Assembly (NCBI GenBank): GCA_977030845.1
Contig: OZ365113.1
Coordinates: 33,480,001 to 33,544,000 of the forward strand
DNA: 64,000 nucleotides
Direction: 5' to 3'
Source: Fimbriosthenelais zetlandica
Lineage: Eukaryota
Position 1 is the stretch's first letter; every line of letters begins with the position of its first letter. Both the position numbers and the translations under genes were made by a program. The notes under the pieces are model-generated. The model saw nothing but the letters and a program-made list of their open reading frames with translations, did not search any database and was not told the DNA's origin. Below, in pieces: positions 1 to 15,100 of this stretch.

Positions 1-1285
<1,285 letters not shown>

Positions 1286-1594
1286 GTTGCTCTCTTCGGT
1301 AGCCGAAGCTGTATGTAAGCTCGTCTCTGATTGGTCAAACGGCGCCTGACCTGTGTATGAGGAAATAATTTCCCCTGGACTGAGGATGAACTTCTCCTTA
1401 TTTCCAGTATTTCCCTCACAGTTTAGGTTTAGAATCTCCCAATTAAATTAGGAATATAGTTTTTCATATTCATATCATACATTGAGATAGATTTTCGTTC
1501 ATACATTTGTTACCTGTTCGTCAATTCTTTCGCTGACACCGACGACCGGAAGTCATTCTGCTGGAGCTGACTGTTGTTGTGGAGTGGGAAGAAG
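1286..1594. promoter_or_regulatory. Bidirectional promoter shared by PSMB5 and SMIM13
   Basis: Only 309 bp separate the two divergent ATGs. The interval has an inverted CCAAT box (GATTGGTC, 1329-1336) and an ETS/GABP motif (ACCGGAAGT, 1545-1553). Confidence 0.75.
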
Positions 1595-2109
1595 ATGAAA
1601 GAAATACTTCTATCCATATTGTCACTGGTAGCATCATTGTTATTTGTTATTCTCTTCATTATTGTTGGTGAGTATTATACAAAAAGTAGCAATAAGCTTA
1701 GAATTAAGGCAAAATTAACAGCGAAAACACTAAGGAAACACTAGTGTCAATGACAATGGGGCCATTTCCATTCATTGCCATTGGCATTGCCATTGGTAAA
1801 CAATGCCATTGACATTTTTTACCATTGTCATTGATATTGTCAATGGATCTAGGTTGAGAAATCACAGGTAAAATGGTGTTACAGTTCGGAATCAACGCTG
1901 ATACCGGGCAATAGTCATGTAAATCTGACATCCACATTATTATATAAATTTACATTTCAGGTTGGTACATTGTATGGAAAGTCTTCTTGAGCCGATTTAA
2001 ATTTGTCAGGGAATTGCTTGGAAACACTTCCAATGACAATGGCTCATCTACCGGTACTGAGAAACCACCCAAACCTCAGCCCAAAACTAAGAAGGTCAGG
2101 CTTGAATAA
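1595..2109 (+). CDS. SMIM13: Small integral membrane protein 13 (73 aa, single TM)
   Basis: Exons 1595-1667 (G|GTGAGT) and 1961-2109 (TTTCAG|, TAA) give MKEILLSILSLVASLLFVILFIIVGWYIVWKVFLSRFKFVRELLGNTSND...KVRLE. The GWY.VW..FLS.FKF.REL.G motif matches SMIM13 as I recall it. Not present in the ORF track. Confidence 0.88.
1747..1834. repeat. CATTG-based degenerate microrepeat forming an inverted repeat in the SMIM13 intron
   Basis: TCAATGACAATGG (1747-1759) is the exact reverse complement of CCATTGTCATTGA (1822-1834). The interior is built from CATTGC/CATTGG/CAATG units. Confidence 0.7.
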
Positions 2110-2916
2110 AAGGAACTCAATACACAAAGTGAGAACAAAATCCGTGATACGTGAGACATGAAAGCCTTCAAATTCCATAGGAGTTAAAATCACAAACAAT
2201 TCAGGGTTATGATGGTCACGAATTTTCATACCAGCTGGTATCATTATGTCACCCTCTAAAATTATACTCCTCACAAGAAGCACACATTTAAGAGACTTAA
2301 ATCTCAAGGAAAATGACAACTATTCTTCACTCGCTCTCTGGACCATGGACTTCATATGAACAATTCACAACACAAATTCTCTTTGCTTGATTCTATTTGT
2401 CCAGAGTGTTTATATTTGCAATGGTGCTCAGCCAGTTCTGTGAATTATTATATTGCATTGTGACTGATATTTTGTATACATTGCCACCAATTTGTCGTAG
2501 GCCTACAGTGATGTTTGAATTGAGCTCTCATGATTGGTTTTTTCGCCTGTTAAGTAGGATGTAGTGAGCTCTTTAATGATATTGATTTAGTTCTACAGCA
2601 GCTTTTTGATGTTAGTTATTTTTGCATGTCTCATCTCTTGACATATAAATTGAGATAAAACATGTTCAAAATGACTAATAAAATTAATGATACGTCTATC
2701 AGATATGTTTTTTTATCAAGTGCTTTTACGAATAAATTCCGGCATTTATTTGTAAATATAGGCATTCAATAGGAGCAGATCATTGTTTGCCGACAGCGTG
2801 TTTCCTTCTGGTCCAGAGATAGCTGAAAAATTGACAGAGGTTTAACTTTAAAGAAATCTCCACTCGCTCAATTCAGTCCAGTGTTTCTTGCGCTACAGAA
2901 CTAGATGGATCTGATT

Positions 2917-2936
2917 GGTGCTGCCACCTTGTGGCA
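2917..2936 (-). promoter_or_regulatory. CTCF-like binding motif
   Basis: Minus strand reads TGCCACAAGGTGGCAGCACC, which is one mismatch from the GCCACCAG(G/A)(G/T)GGC(A/G)(C/G)(T/C)A CTCF consensus. Confidence 0.5.
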
Positions 2937-3633
2937 TCCTGGTTCATTTATCATTTCATGAGTAGTATAGCTAAAGTAGACTCAGTGTCTGGCTGGCCTT
3001 TCTCTCGAACCTCCCGGGAACAATAATGTAGCCTAATATCGCGAAGAGATGTTTCCTTATTTAGGTGCTACTCTTTGACCTTGCCTTACTCAGTTAAGTA
3101 TCACAGGTGAATATTCAAGCATCTGGCATATTGTATTACCCACTCCATCCCCACCTCCATTGTCTTCATGATTGATACTGATCGATATAATTGATGTACA
3201 TCCCTCACGCCATTTCTGTAGAGCATGCTATTCCCATTTATAGCCTCTATCCGTATAATACCTCCAGACCCCAGCCCCATACATCAGGCCTTTTAATTGG
3301 TGCCTGCATTCCTAGATAGACGACGATTAATGATCATTCAATTAAGTAATGTACCGCAGGGAGTTTACCAGAGGGAGAATTAGGATGGAATGCTCGCCCC
3401 TTTTAGCACCGACAAAATGGCCTGGAAATCATTAATCCCTTTGGAGGGAGTGAAATAAAGCTGTAGGTAGTGCAGTCTATTGCTACTAAATCAGGTAGAA
3501 CACCCGCGGTGCCTCCATACCCCGCCTTCATTTGAAGCCAGCCTTTGAGAATCTCGCCCCATGAACTCCTCCCCATAGCGTGAAGTAACACCAGACAATA
3601 AATTGAGAAGGCCGCTATTTTATGTAGCATGCT

Positions 3634-3782
3634 ATCAACAGGTGGCGCCTTTTGGTAGAGCGCCATCATGTGGTAGGTGTGTGGGTGCCCCCTATCTCTC
3701 AGCGTTATCATTTATTGATGGCGCTCAGTTTGCCCCGTGGCGCGCACGCGGCTGGAACGCGCTGGAGCAGACGCCACCAGCC
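3634..3782. promoter_or_regulatory. GC-rich segment with clustered CTCF-like GGCGC motifs; possible insulator or upstream promoter of the MGAT4C-like gene
   Basis: ATCAACAGGTGGCGCC (+, 3634-3649), ACCACATGATGGCGCTC (-, about 3657-3673), GATGGCGCT (+, 3717-3725) and TGGTGGCG (-, about 3772-3779). The segment is CpG-rich relative to its flanks. Confidence 0.4.
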
Positions 3783-6074
3783 AATACGTGTCATCCCTAC
3801 CCACCACCACCCAACTCCACCACATGGATCTTTTCCTAACATCTCCCCCTCTCCTTCTCCTTCCTCTAGGTTGCTAACAGTACCTGAGATGGTATTAGTG
3901 TGACTCGGGGACTTATCTAGAAGCTTCTGTCTCCACTTCCTGAGCTGCTCTGTTTCTCACATGAGCAACTCACCGCAAGGCCTCCCAGCAAAGAGTGACT
4001 CGCAAATTTGTGAATCCAGTTAAAGTAAATGTATCATTGTGATAAGTGACAAATCAACTTTATTCATAACTCCGAGTCAATTACTCAGCAAATCAACTTA
4101 TAACTCAAGTTATCGCCATCCTCTTTGTGAAGGTATACATTAGTTGTTATATACCTTTGTGAAAGTGAAGCTTTTCTATAGCACCCATCAGTGGATTTTA
4201 CTTTGCCTCCCTGCTTAATTCTCCAGGGCCTCGCATGGAGCTTGGCCAATCTTCCAACACACCAATCATTGATGGTATCATCTTTGGAGGACTAATTGAA
4301 ATCTCTGAGGAAGAGAAAGCGTGCCAGGCCGAGAGGATCTTGACTGGAAACAATATATTGAAAAGATAACAAATCTGTCGAAGGAAATGTGGCGAGCTAT
4401 CACTCAAATTTACTTTCTTTTGCAGCTTCAGTTACAAATGGAAGTTCTTTTCCTCCAATTGACCTCTTGAGTGGTGCGTCGTCAGAAGAAAATCGAGGAT
4501 GGCCGAGCAAGCCATTTGCAGTATACATTTATTTTAAATTTCGTTTTTAATCGCTGAAATATCGTGAGGCCATTAGCCGTGGAAGCCATTCTAGGCCGCT
4601 TACAGCTTTTAGTGCTGTAGAAAATCATCAGCTTTCCCGGAACGTAAAAGATGAAGACAGCTTGGGAGTCATATTCCTCAATGAGCTATTTTATCAAAAT
4701 TTAACCATCCAAGGCCCTAGACGCTGAAGGATAAAAGCTTGAGCCCGAGCCATCCCGCACTTAGTCCTCCCTCCCCATCTCCATTAACCTGTTTGGCATA
4801 AGACATAGGCTGGGATGTCTGAGTTGAATGCCTCAACTCATGAATGCTGAGTTTTATCTCTGACAAAATGGATTCATTTATTCACCGAGACATTATGACA
4901 GCTGGCAAGAGGAGTTGTCAAGTCAAGAGTTTTTTCTCATTCATTAAGTATTCATGCACTTGTAGGCATATAACTACAATTGTTGCTTTCAACAATTCTT
5001 ATTGGATAGAAAATGACATGTAAATGAATCAGGTATTGTTTAAGTATTCCTCATGTGATCGAACATTGCACAAACGCCTGACTTAAGAAAGATTCATGGT
5101 GTCGTTGGCATGTCCTGTCCAAGCATTGATCCCGCCGTTGACCTTCCCATGGAAAAAAATGTCAAGTGAAGATCTCCCCCTGGGGAAAACGAGGTCGCTC
5201 ATACATATATATAGAGGTGAGAGGCAGACGGAGGGGTTCTAAGTTCATTACTGGTGACATTTTCTATGACCCCCTTACGTCGTTACCTCTTTGGGTGAGG
5301 AAGACAAAGGAGTGGAATGTGGGCTGTTTTAGACATCGCTATTCCTCCCACACCCAAGCCGCGTGTATCACCAAGCCCTACCAACACTCCACCCCAATAA
5401 GGCAATGGAATAGGATATGAGGCCCAGAGCGGCTCATATCAAAAAGGAGGAGGAGAGCTTAGAAGTAAATTGCTCGGACAGAAAATCGTGTTGCTGGCAG
5501 CGAGAGAAGGAAATCCCAATCCACAGTTTTGCAAATCAAATGCTGGAAACGTCATCATTGGGCGCTCAGTTGGCCAAACAGTTTGAGTTTGTTCTTCAGT
5601 GAGAATCGCTCCACCGGCTTAGTCTGAATTGCAAATCATGCAAGTTGTGGATGTATGAGGAATGGGGAATGACATTTCCTCAATCCACTGTCAGGAATGG
5701 ATTATGGATTTCTATCTTTATATACCTCTGTGGATATCTCATGCATTGTGAGAAAAATGTATGTGACATTCTTCTGTAAAGGACCTATTCAGCTTTTATG
5801 TATCCTGTTCAATGCAAGACTCAGAAAGCTAACTCGGCTTGGTGCTCTTGCAATGTTTGCCATGCCTGCCGCATTTGAAGGGACAAGGTTCTTGCAGTTC
5901 AGAGGGCTCTGCTGATCTGTTTTGACTGGACTTTTACAGAGAAGGAGGCCCTTGCCCTTTAAAAGACCTCGGCCAAAAAGGGAAAGGGTCGCTGTACTTG
6001 ATACAATACACGGCCATAAAATATGTGATTACTTTTAGCCTGTGGGACTTGGAGTGCAATGATCCCCTGTGATC

Positions 6075-6168
6075 ATGTATCTACCAATGAGGGTTGGCCT
6101 GAGAAGAGGGGCCCTGCTCATTGCCTTTCTGTTGCTCATATTAGTCAACACCATACTTATATTCTCAC
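6075..6168 (+). CDS. Probable first coding exon (cytoplasmic tail plus signal anchor) of the MGAT4C-like gene
   Basis: ATG...TTC TCA C|GTAAGT encodes MYLPMRVGLRRGALLIAFLLLILVNTILIFS: basic residues then a hydrophobic span, the type II Golgi anchor that the downstream catalytic exon lacks. Phase 1 donor. Confidence 0.65.
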
Positions 6169-9100
6169 GTAAGTTCATTACATCCATTTGTTCCCAGTCT
6201 TTCTCTTAAATTTCTGCATATAACTCCACTTAAATACACATCGTCCTTCATGGATGGAGGTTGTTTTTTCTACAAGCTGCTCAAGATTCCTTTTTAATAA
6301 TTTGAAAAGTGCAAAGCGAACTGTGGAGTTTGTAATGCATTTTCACTTCAAATTCAATTCCCAATTTCTCGAAAGTTTTATTTTGGGCCGTGGCTGCAAG
6401 GAATAATTTCATTCCTATTTCATTGAATTATCCATTTGCCATTCAATGGAAATCATCAATATTTGTGGGACTTTTAGTGACTTGATTAGCCAGTTTATGT
6501 AAAAATGTAGCTTTATAGGTCAATTATTTACAGCCACTGGTAACAGGTTGGGTGAAGATTTTCCCCAGCTGTGGGTATTTTTTATTTTTTCCTGCTGATG
6601 ATATTCAGGTAAAACAGTTCTGCTGAAGCCACACATGCAGCAGTGGATTAATATTGCATGCACGCAAGCGAGGAGATGTTCCGACCTCTATTGATGTGTA
6701 ATGGAAACAGTTGACGATCATGTTTCATGGCTTCCACGAATCAAAAACAATCCTTGGATACAAAATGAAAACCAGCTGATGAAAACAAAAGCAAATCCCT
6801 CCTGTCCTCTTTCACATTGCTGTAAATCCAATATCCTTCAGCTTGTCTTTTTGACAGGATTGCTTGTCAGCTCGGATCCGCTTTTGAGATACGAAAAAGC
6901 CTGAAGCTAACAACACTGATCTGAGCTAGGTGGGTTTTACGTTTGGTGGCGGAGGACTTTCTTCAGCCTAATTACCGCTCAACACTCAGCAGTTGGCGGA
7001 AGGTTTTGACAGAACTACTTTTTCATTTATAAGGAATTAAGTTTCAGTTAAGAAGCCTCAATATTGTGTCCTGTTGATGACTGAGGACATCCCGAGCTTT
7101 GTCTTTCTATTAGATTCTTGTTAGATGAATACAACCGTCCTGTTACCTGGCAGGCAGAAGATGCGGTTGAGGAGAGAGTGTCGTGTACTTTGATGAAGAG
7201 TAACCTAATACCTCTAATCCATTCCTACCTTTTCTGCCCTTCTACATTGATGTACCACTGTTCCCAGCAGTACAGATTGCAGATAGGGTACGTGGGATAA
7301 AATGCTACCATGCATAGAATCCCGATTTGTGTATCTGACTATATTATTTGAAACTATATCTGCCAATCTTTTTGTGGATCTTTCGTGATAGCATTCGTTA
7401 TTAAGTATAGATATTGTATATCCCAGTCTTCAGATTACCTATAAATGTGCACATATAATGATGATGTAAAACGAAACCTTTGCAATATTTTCTATACAGG
7501 AAAGTGATATTGGCCATAAGAAACTCACTGTCGCCGATGGGGTATTGCGATATGGAGGCTACAGTAGAAAAAGTGTTCATATGGCACACAAATCTTATCA
7601 AATGTCATCCATTGTAGCCTTGAGACATAGAACGAAAGGCAGATGAGAAACATTCTGTCGAATTGAAATAACAAAAAGGTGTACATAATTAAAAAACCGA
7701 AAAGCCTCATATGTGTAGCTGACAAAGCATCTGAAACCTGGCATTATGGTTATCTGACTCGCAATGGTCTGGCATTTACTTGCAGGATGCTCATCCTATT
7801 CATGATGATTTTGTATAGAAATATATTGTATAGAGCTCGATGCTTTTTGCAAATCAACATTATTTACACCTGGAGCCTAGTTATAGATTTACTTACTTGG
7901 CCTGATTGTGTCTTATTTAGTTCCTCGCATGATATCTCATTCGGGAAATGGCTTTAGCTCGTGAGGCGGTGGCTTGGGGAGGAAGCTTGTGAATTATTGG
8001 TCTGCCACTGCTTTGGTGTTCGCTACCATCGCCTTGTACTAAACTTCCGTAAACGACTGTGATGTCAAGTCGTAATAGAGGACCATTTAGAGCAATGTAT
8101 AAACCTTTTATCTATAAAAAGGTAAATAGGAAATCCATGCATCAGGCATGAAATGTTTTTATACCCAACGTATTTTTCTCTGCCAATCTCACGCTTTGCT
8201 AACTTATCCCATAGATGCATATCCATAGGTTTTCTCAGACCATAATATTTATTCTGTTTTACTGCAAGTTCTTATCTTGAATCTCATGAATGAAACTCAT
8301 CAGTTGGTTTCTTCTCGGTACTTAAATATAGCAATGCCCCATTTTCTGCTGTCATTCATCCAGAGCCTCAATCCCTGGCCATTTATTAGCCCTGTCCCCC
8401 AGCACCCACATGCACCCTCCCATTCAACACATCATGTTGGGGCCCAGTCCGGACCTGTAACCCCTGACCCCCATTTACTATCTCCTACATTTCCTCCTGC
8501 TAGCCTCGAATGAAGACAGGAATCAATTTAACATGGTTTCTGTCTTTCATCTATACAGACATTGATGAGGCTTGCGTGGGAAGAAGCCCAACCATGATGG
8601 GCTTGGATGGTCGAGTACATGGTATCTTTTAATGCTATATAGTTTGCCTTATTTATGATGGTATGGAATGGTATGGAGCTAAGTGTTGAAGCTTATATAT
8701 ACCAGGCATGTGTAGCCCTTAATGCATCATAAAATATGTATAAGTATACTACTGTCTTGAGAAGCATATATATCCATTTGCGGAATGGAGGGAATTCCAA
8801 GGTCAATGTTAGCCTGGAGCCTGTTTCAAAACGAATATTAACCATATAGACTATTGTTAATTTTCCTTTTGAATGGGCCCCTGATCTTATTGTTTGATAT
8901 AGATCTATATAACAATTTCCAACATGAATGGGCAATGCCTTTACATTTTTCATGTAATACCAATTGCTTTGACTGATAAATTGTTTCAGAATTAAGCTGC
9001 ATATAATGCAGCTGATGGAATTAACCATGACTGGCGGTTATGTCAGTTATGTTATTTTCAGAAGAGAAATCATGAGTGTGATCTGTCACGCTTTAGATGT

Positions 9101-12100
9101 TTTCTCCGCCACCCTGCTGTTCTGGCTTCCATCCGTGAAGCATGGCTTCCCTAACAGACTTCACTTTATTGCTAAACCCTCGGGAGGCCAAGACCACACA
9201 GCTCGCGTCTGTGTTTCTGAAAAGGCTTCAAGGTCGTGTGTTTGCCTCTGATAAGTCTTAATTTATATGTGGAAAATAAGTCCAAGGGAAATATCAGCCC
9301 TGGTCGAGTACTGGATTGACTTCTGGCCGTTATACGTAGCGCATTTGTAGGGTTATGAACAGAAACAGTTGGTCTGTAGGTGTTATTCATGACCCCTTCA
9401 AACAACACTCCTCAGACCCTATCAGTCCTTTCCTTATCATTTACCACAGACTAATAAGGTAGAAGGAATTTGCAAATGCAATTTCTGACATCCACATGGA
9501 AGGCAGGGCACGTTGTTGTGAGCACTTGGGCCTGGGTTAGCAATAAATGAGAAGTGGCAAGTAGTGTATGGTAAGTGATAATTGTGAATGGCACCTATAG
9601 AGCTTTTGTGGGTAAGTAGTGTATAGGAATGGGAATAAGCGCCAGGTCTATAAGGCAAGTTATAATGATCGATAGCAGGGCCTGTGCCAATGGCTGGTAT
9701 AAATCGCATTAAGGTAGATAGGGAAGGTAACGAATTAAAGCATGATATTCAAGAAATGCTTCGCCCGGTCGCTTCATCTAATGTGCTCATTATTACATAA
9801 ATCCCATTGCTTTATTATCCTCCCTGGGTATTCCCAGAGGATCCATATTCATAATCAGGTCTTGACTGCAATGAAAACGTCCGGAATTTCTGCTTGATAT
9901 ATTAGAATGCTTTTAGCGATATAATTATGCATGCTGTGAATGCAGTGATCAATCTCCTATTGTTTGAACATTGATAGCCATTCAATCTAGTCGATAGACA
10001 TCACACATTATAATTTAATCAACGAGGTCCTTAAGTACATATGTCAAGCATTAAATCATTTGATTCATGAGTGCAACCTGAATAATCATTTATTCAGAAG
10101 AAAGATATTAGATGCGACATATATTTTAAATATGATGATTAAATTTTCTGGCTTTATCAGATAAAAGCCTCCACTGACACTGTCAATTGCTCTGGGTTAT
10201 ACATCCCACAAAGCAGGACAAATTCCAGATGCCTTAAAGGCCAAGAGTCCCATTTAGAATGGCGGAGAGTGGGGAAGGCTTAGGTCATGCATATAATGAG
10301 ATAAATGGGTATACTTGACTGGCAGGAGGGCGGGGCCGTATAGATCTATACTGAGTCTCATCCTATAGCTGATGGTATAATTAATTCCCTCTGTGACTGA
10401 TCACTCGATTCCTTGGATCAACAGTCGCAGCAGATGAGATGGAATGCTGATCACGTCCTTATCCATTACTCTCAATTAATCCGGAATACCTCCAATTACA
10501 GCTTACCTTATCTAGATCCCTGCCTGCCTCAGATAGCCTAGATACTGATTGAGAACAGGCTAGTATATAGGGAATCCCGAGGAATCTGCCTCTAGGCTTA
10601 AACAGTCTGTACACACCCTGATTAAAAGTCCATCAATCTCAATTACCGATTAATGGACTGAATTAAAGTCATTTTAGAAAAAATGCAAAGCTTAATTTCT
10701 GCCTTTAAACAACTTCGCTATTGATTGGGAAAAAGCCTGGAAAAAGGCACTTCAATAATGAGATTGAATTGCACATTAAAGTGATGCAATTCCTGTGCTA
10801 TTGATGTCCTATTTATAAGCTTTCTAAATGCAAGCCAGGAAGTCTTAAAAGGAAATTTGAGATTGAAGCTCATTAAATATTGTATAGAGGCATTCAAGAG
10901 GCATACCTTTAGATTATCAAGCTCTCAGTATGACATATAAAATGGGAAAATATTTTAAAAGGCAATATTGATTATAGAACTGAATAGGACCCCGCTTCTA
11001 TTCACAGGAGACGCTCAATATATAAACCGATGGATGGTCTGATGCATGAGGTATAAAATATCACATTTTCAAACCAAATATAGGTCTGTAGAATCCAATA
11101 TCTGACATAAAGGGCACTTTAAACTCCTGGTGGACCAGAAGCCAGGAGTGTGCTGACCAGTGATATGGGACAGAGATAGGAGCTGCCTTCAGTTCCAAGG
11201 CCACTCTTTGCTTATTCCAGTCAGGCTGTTGTTTTATCGCTTTTTGGGGTCAGCACGTCGGAGCAGCCATTTCCGGTGCTCACAGCGTCCGTCCCTCTAC
11301 AAGCTTAATGGCCGCCGCACTTCCAGCAAAGACAGCATTAGCAGTGAACCATCAGTCCTCTATCAGAGATGTGGCTCTCTGGAGATGAAGTCAACACAGC
11401 ATGGGTCATTTCATCAGACATCTGATCGCCTTCCTACACACACTCATGTCTCTCCAGTACCGTGGCCCATAAGCGGGATGCAAGGAGATGATGCATCTGT
11501 CCCGGAATGACAAGTTATAGAAAAGGTCCATTGGGTCTGATGGCTGTTTTGTCCACAGTAGCTGCAGATACATGTGTTATCCTTGCACAAGTATATATAC
11601 TGCGAGATGATTGAAACATATGAAAAAAGACCCGCATCATATTGCGAGAGTGGCACAGGCCTATATGAAGAGTAGATTGTGATTAAACATGGCTTCAATA
11701 GCCTTTCTGTACTGGAAAGCCTTGATGGATCAAAGACATTGTTCTTTTCTCCCGTGGAAACCCCCCTCGATTAAAATCGATATTTCCGAGTATTAAAACC
11801 AATAGAGGAGTAGATACTTTCTGACATTGATTGATGAAGGTCCGGACCTTAAAGGAACTTCATCTTTACAGCTAAGCTCCTCGTTCCATGCCTGGCCACA
11901 AGGTTTTTTCTCTGATATACAGACCTTCTCTGCGGCTTTTGTCTGGGACTCTCAAGTGTAATGGTTTCCATTATATATGTCACAACATCAGCTGGGAAAG
12001 ACGGGTTGTCAGCATGTTGCAGGCTAATTAATCTAAATGCCACATCACGAATGTGGGTCTCCCACGGTGGATAAAACATCCTGAGGCCCACTACCCACTA

Positions 12101-15100
12101 CTCATGACACTGCCTACCCTAAGACATTCTCACTCTAACACTCTCTCCAATATGGTACTGGGAAGCCCTATAGATCTTTGTGTGGTTTAGTCGTATTGCA
12201 AAACCACTATATTTATGGCCTCAAGACATTTGCACATTGCTGACAAGAAAGAAAAAAAAAGATGATATATTCATCCAAAAGATGCTACCAAACTTAGAGG
12301 GAAATGGATTACCCATGGAGCATCCCTTGGATGATAATATTATTTCTTTATCCAAGGAAGTGGATATAGAATCATGAACCTGTCAGACTTTCTGAGCAAA
12401 AGTGCACAGATGCAATGTACTTATCTCAAATATTTTTGTTCCTTCATTAATTTAATATCCTTCCCCCGGAAGAAGAATGACTTTTTCCTCCATCTTATAC
12501 TTATCAGCTACTGTATAAGCAATTTCCCTCGCAGATATCTGGCACCTCGGCTACCATTCATTTCTGTAGGGTAGATGTGGTGGTCTAATCCAGTCCCTGC
12601 TTCCAGTCTTCCACCCCCTTAAAGCAGATTTCTTCTCACAAGCTCTGCCTGTATATAAACACCCTTCTGCCTTCCACCTCCCCGAGTCAATATAGGAAGT
12701 GGATGGAGGAGAGTTGTGTATTGTTGCAATCATTTCTGCATTTATCCTACACTCATTCTTCTGATTACATCCACAATCGATGGCACACACACTGGGAAAG
12801 AATTTGCTCAGTTTGGAGTTGTTGGGAAGCCAACAATAAGCCTTGAGTATCACCATTGCAAATCACATATAGACCAAGAAAAATGGAGTCAAGAATGCAT
12901 TATTCAACACAATGTGACACTGATTAAAATGGATCTTTGACGTTTTCTCCCTGATATGGGTTCACATAGCATGCTTTCATTAAATTCAGCTCTAGGTTCA
13001 TCCAGAATAATTCAGATTCATAGGGGTTCTTACTGATGAGATGGAATACTGTTTTACAATAATATGAGGAATGCATTAAGGTGATTCAATCATCAAAACT
13101 CATTACTTAATGAACTAGAGCATTCCCCTTAATATTCATAATGGTCAAATGATAAAATACCTACTGGTGTATACAATATATAGGCAAACATGAAGGTGTC
13201 TATGGCAGAACTATAAGGGAAAAACGAACTCCATCGATTGCTTTAAGGAGTCGGGAGTGTATAATCTTTGATCCATTCCATGACAGCAAGCTTGCCCAAT
13301 TAAAATTTTAATGCGATCCGGATAAGAACTCGCCAAGTAATTACATGCACGAATGGCTTCCCTGAATCTGATGGCAATTACCTGAAATAGTCCAACAATG
13401 TGGTGTAATGAACATTATCCTACCACCGAAGTCATTGTATGCAAGATGCTATAGGCCTGCATATCCAATGGATAGTGTCTATCTTTTCTATTTCTTTCAT
13501 TTTCATAAAGCGTTGTGATGAGTTTCAAACCAGTGTGTAATGAACATTTGATACTCTACCCCATTCATCCGACAGCCTATTTCAATTAGGAACCATTTAG
13601 CCACAATGTACATCTTAGCTCATAAGGACACTGTCTGCCAGAGCTGAGATGCCATTCTCAATGTTAAAGGAACACAATTCTACTCCCTACTTTTGCTAGT
13701 GACGATATTAACTGTTCTTGTCATTCCTTGCTAGCTATTACAGTAAGTGGACATATTAAATTGGTTGATAAAAAATAATGCACGATTGATGAAGGCAATA
13801 GATGATTGTTTGTAGAGCAGAATGGATTGTTCCTGGAGCATTTCTTTGATGCTAACTCGGACCCAGCATGGCCCAGGGACTGCTGGGGGGAGACAGTTTT
13901 TTTCTCTCTCTCCCTGAAACATGCTCAAGTGGTTCAGTGGTTTTACACAGGAGTGTGTGCCGTCTTTGCTTTCCTTTCAAGCTACATCTCAGACAATAGC
14001 CAATCCTTTTATCAATATGCTTCGTCATTATTTGTTCCCTTTCAACAGAAGCCGAGTCCTTGGCCTTGAGAGGAGAGGACATTTATGTACATTTGTCCAA
14101 CTTGTGTAACCAGTGGCATTTTCCACTGAGAGCTGTAGACGGTGCTATTTTCTGCTTTATATTGACATACTTTGTCTCTGAAAGGTCTCTTGTTTTCATG
14201 ACAACATAATGCCTTCACTCAAGCGACCTTGGAAATCTGAAAACACCATATTCTTTGACTTTATATCGCCAAGCAATTTGACTTGCCTGGCCTCCCATAC
14301 ATATCTGATATAAAAGGTTGCCATGGCAGCAATATGGTACTGCAGACTTTATTTTTAAATTCTGATGTACATTGCCATAGTTTGCTATATAAGCATGCAG
14401 GCATAGCTTCCTTTACAGCGGAACTTAACCCCACTTAAATGTACTCTCTGCAGACATGCATGCCATTTTACAATGTTTTGGATTTCACTTTTTTTTAACC
14501 CAATGGAATAGTGATCAGAGTTGGGGCATGGATCGTGAATCCATGAATACTGATTTGTGAGGGCATCATTAGCTGCTCACTCAGATCTGCTGTTCCATCA
14601 TCAATTTTTCTCTCCTGTTATGACTGATCGTTTGGTCTTAGCTCGCGTGTCTCTGGAGCAAATTATCACCGCCTTTTATCCAGCCATGGGAATGACTCCA
14701 GTGTCATAGCTATATCCATCATTCTTAACATCACATACACATATATCAGGGTGAGAATCTGATCCTCATGGGATGGCAGATATTGATCTGCACCTTGGAA
14801 GATAGCGCCCCTTCCCATTGCTACCCCTCCCCTCATACCTGCTGAACAGAAGATAAATCCCTTGCCTTCAGACACTTATTGCTGGTCCCAATTATGAGAA
14901 AGGAGAAAGGGGGCCTTTTCCCCTGTCTGGGGGCAGCGGGATCTTTATACAAGAACCCCCTTCATTGTGGTGGTAATTGCAGCCGGGTCCGCCAACCATC
15001 AGTTACTGGCGCGCGGGCTAATTGACCTCTGGGAGTTGGGACTGGGACCTAGCCTTTAGAATAGCGTCAGATATATGGATGAGGGAACTGTGTGGTGACA

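Noticed and set aside
1595-2109. SMIM13 as an auxiliary subunit of the nearby SLC5s, by analogy with MAP17 and SGLT2
   Set aside because: Proximity alone (27 kb away, different promoter); nothing in the sequence supports it.
7115-7200. Possible extra phase-1 MGAT4C exon (HEYNRPVTWQAEDAVEER)
   Set aside because: Weak acceptor and donor, and it is not needed for an in-frame model.
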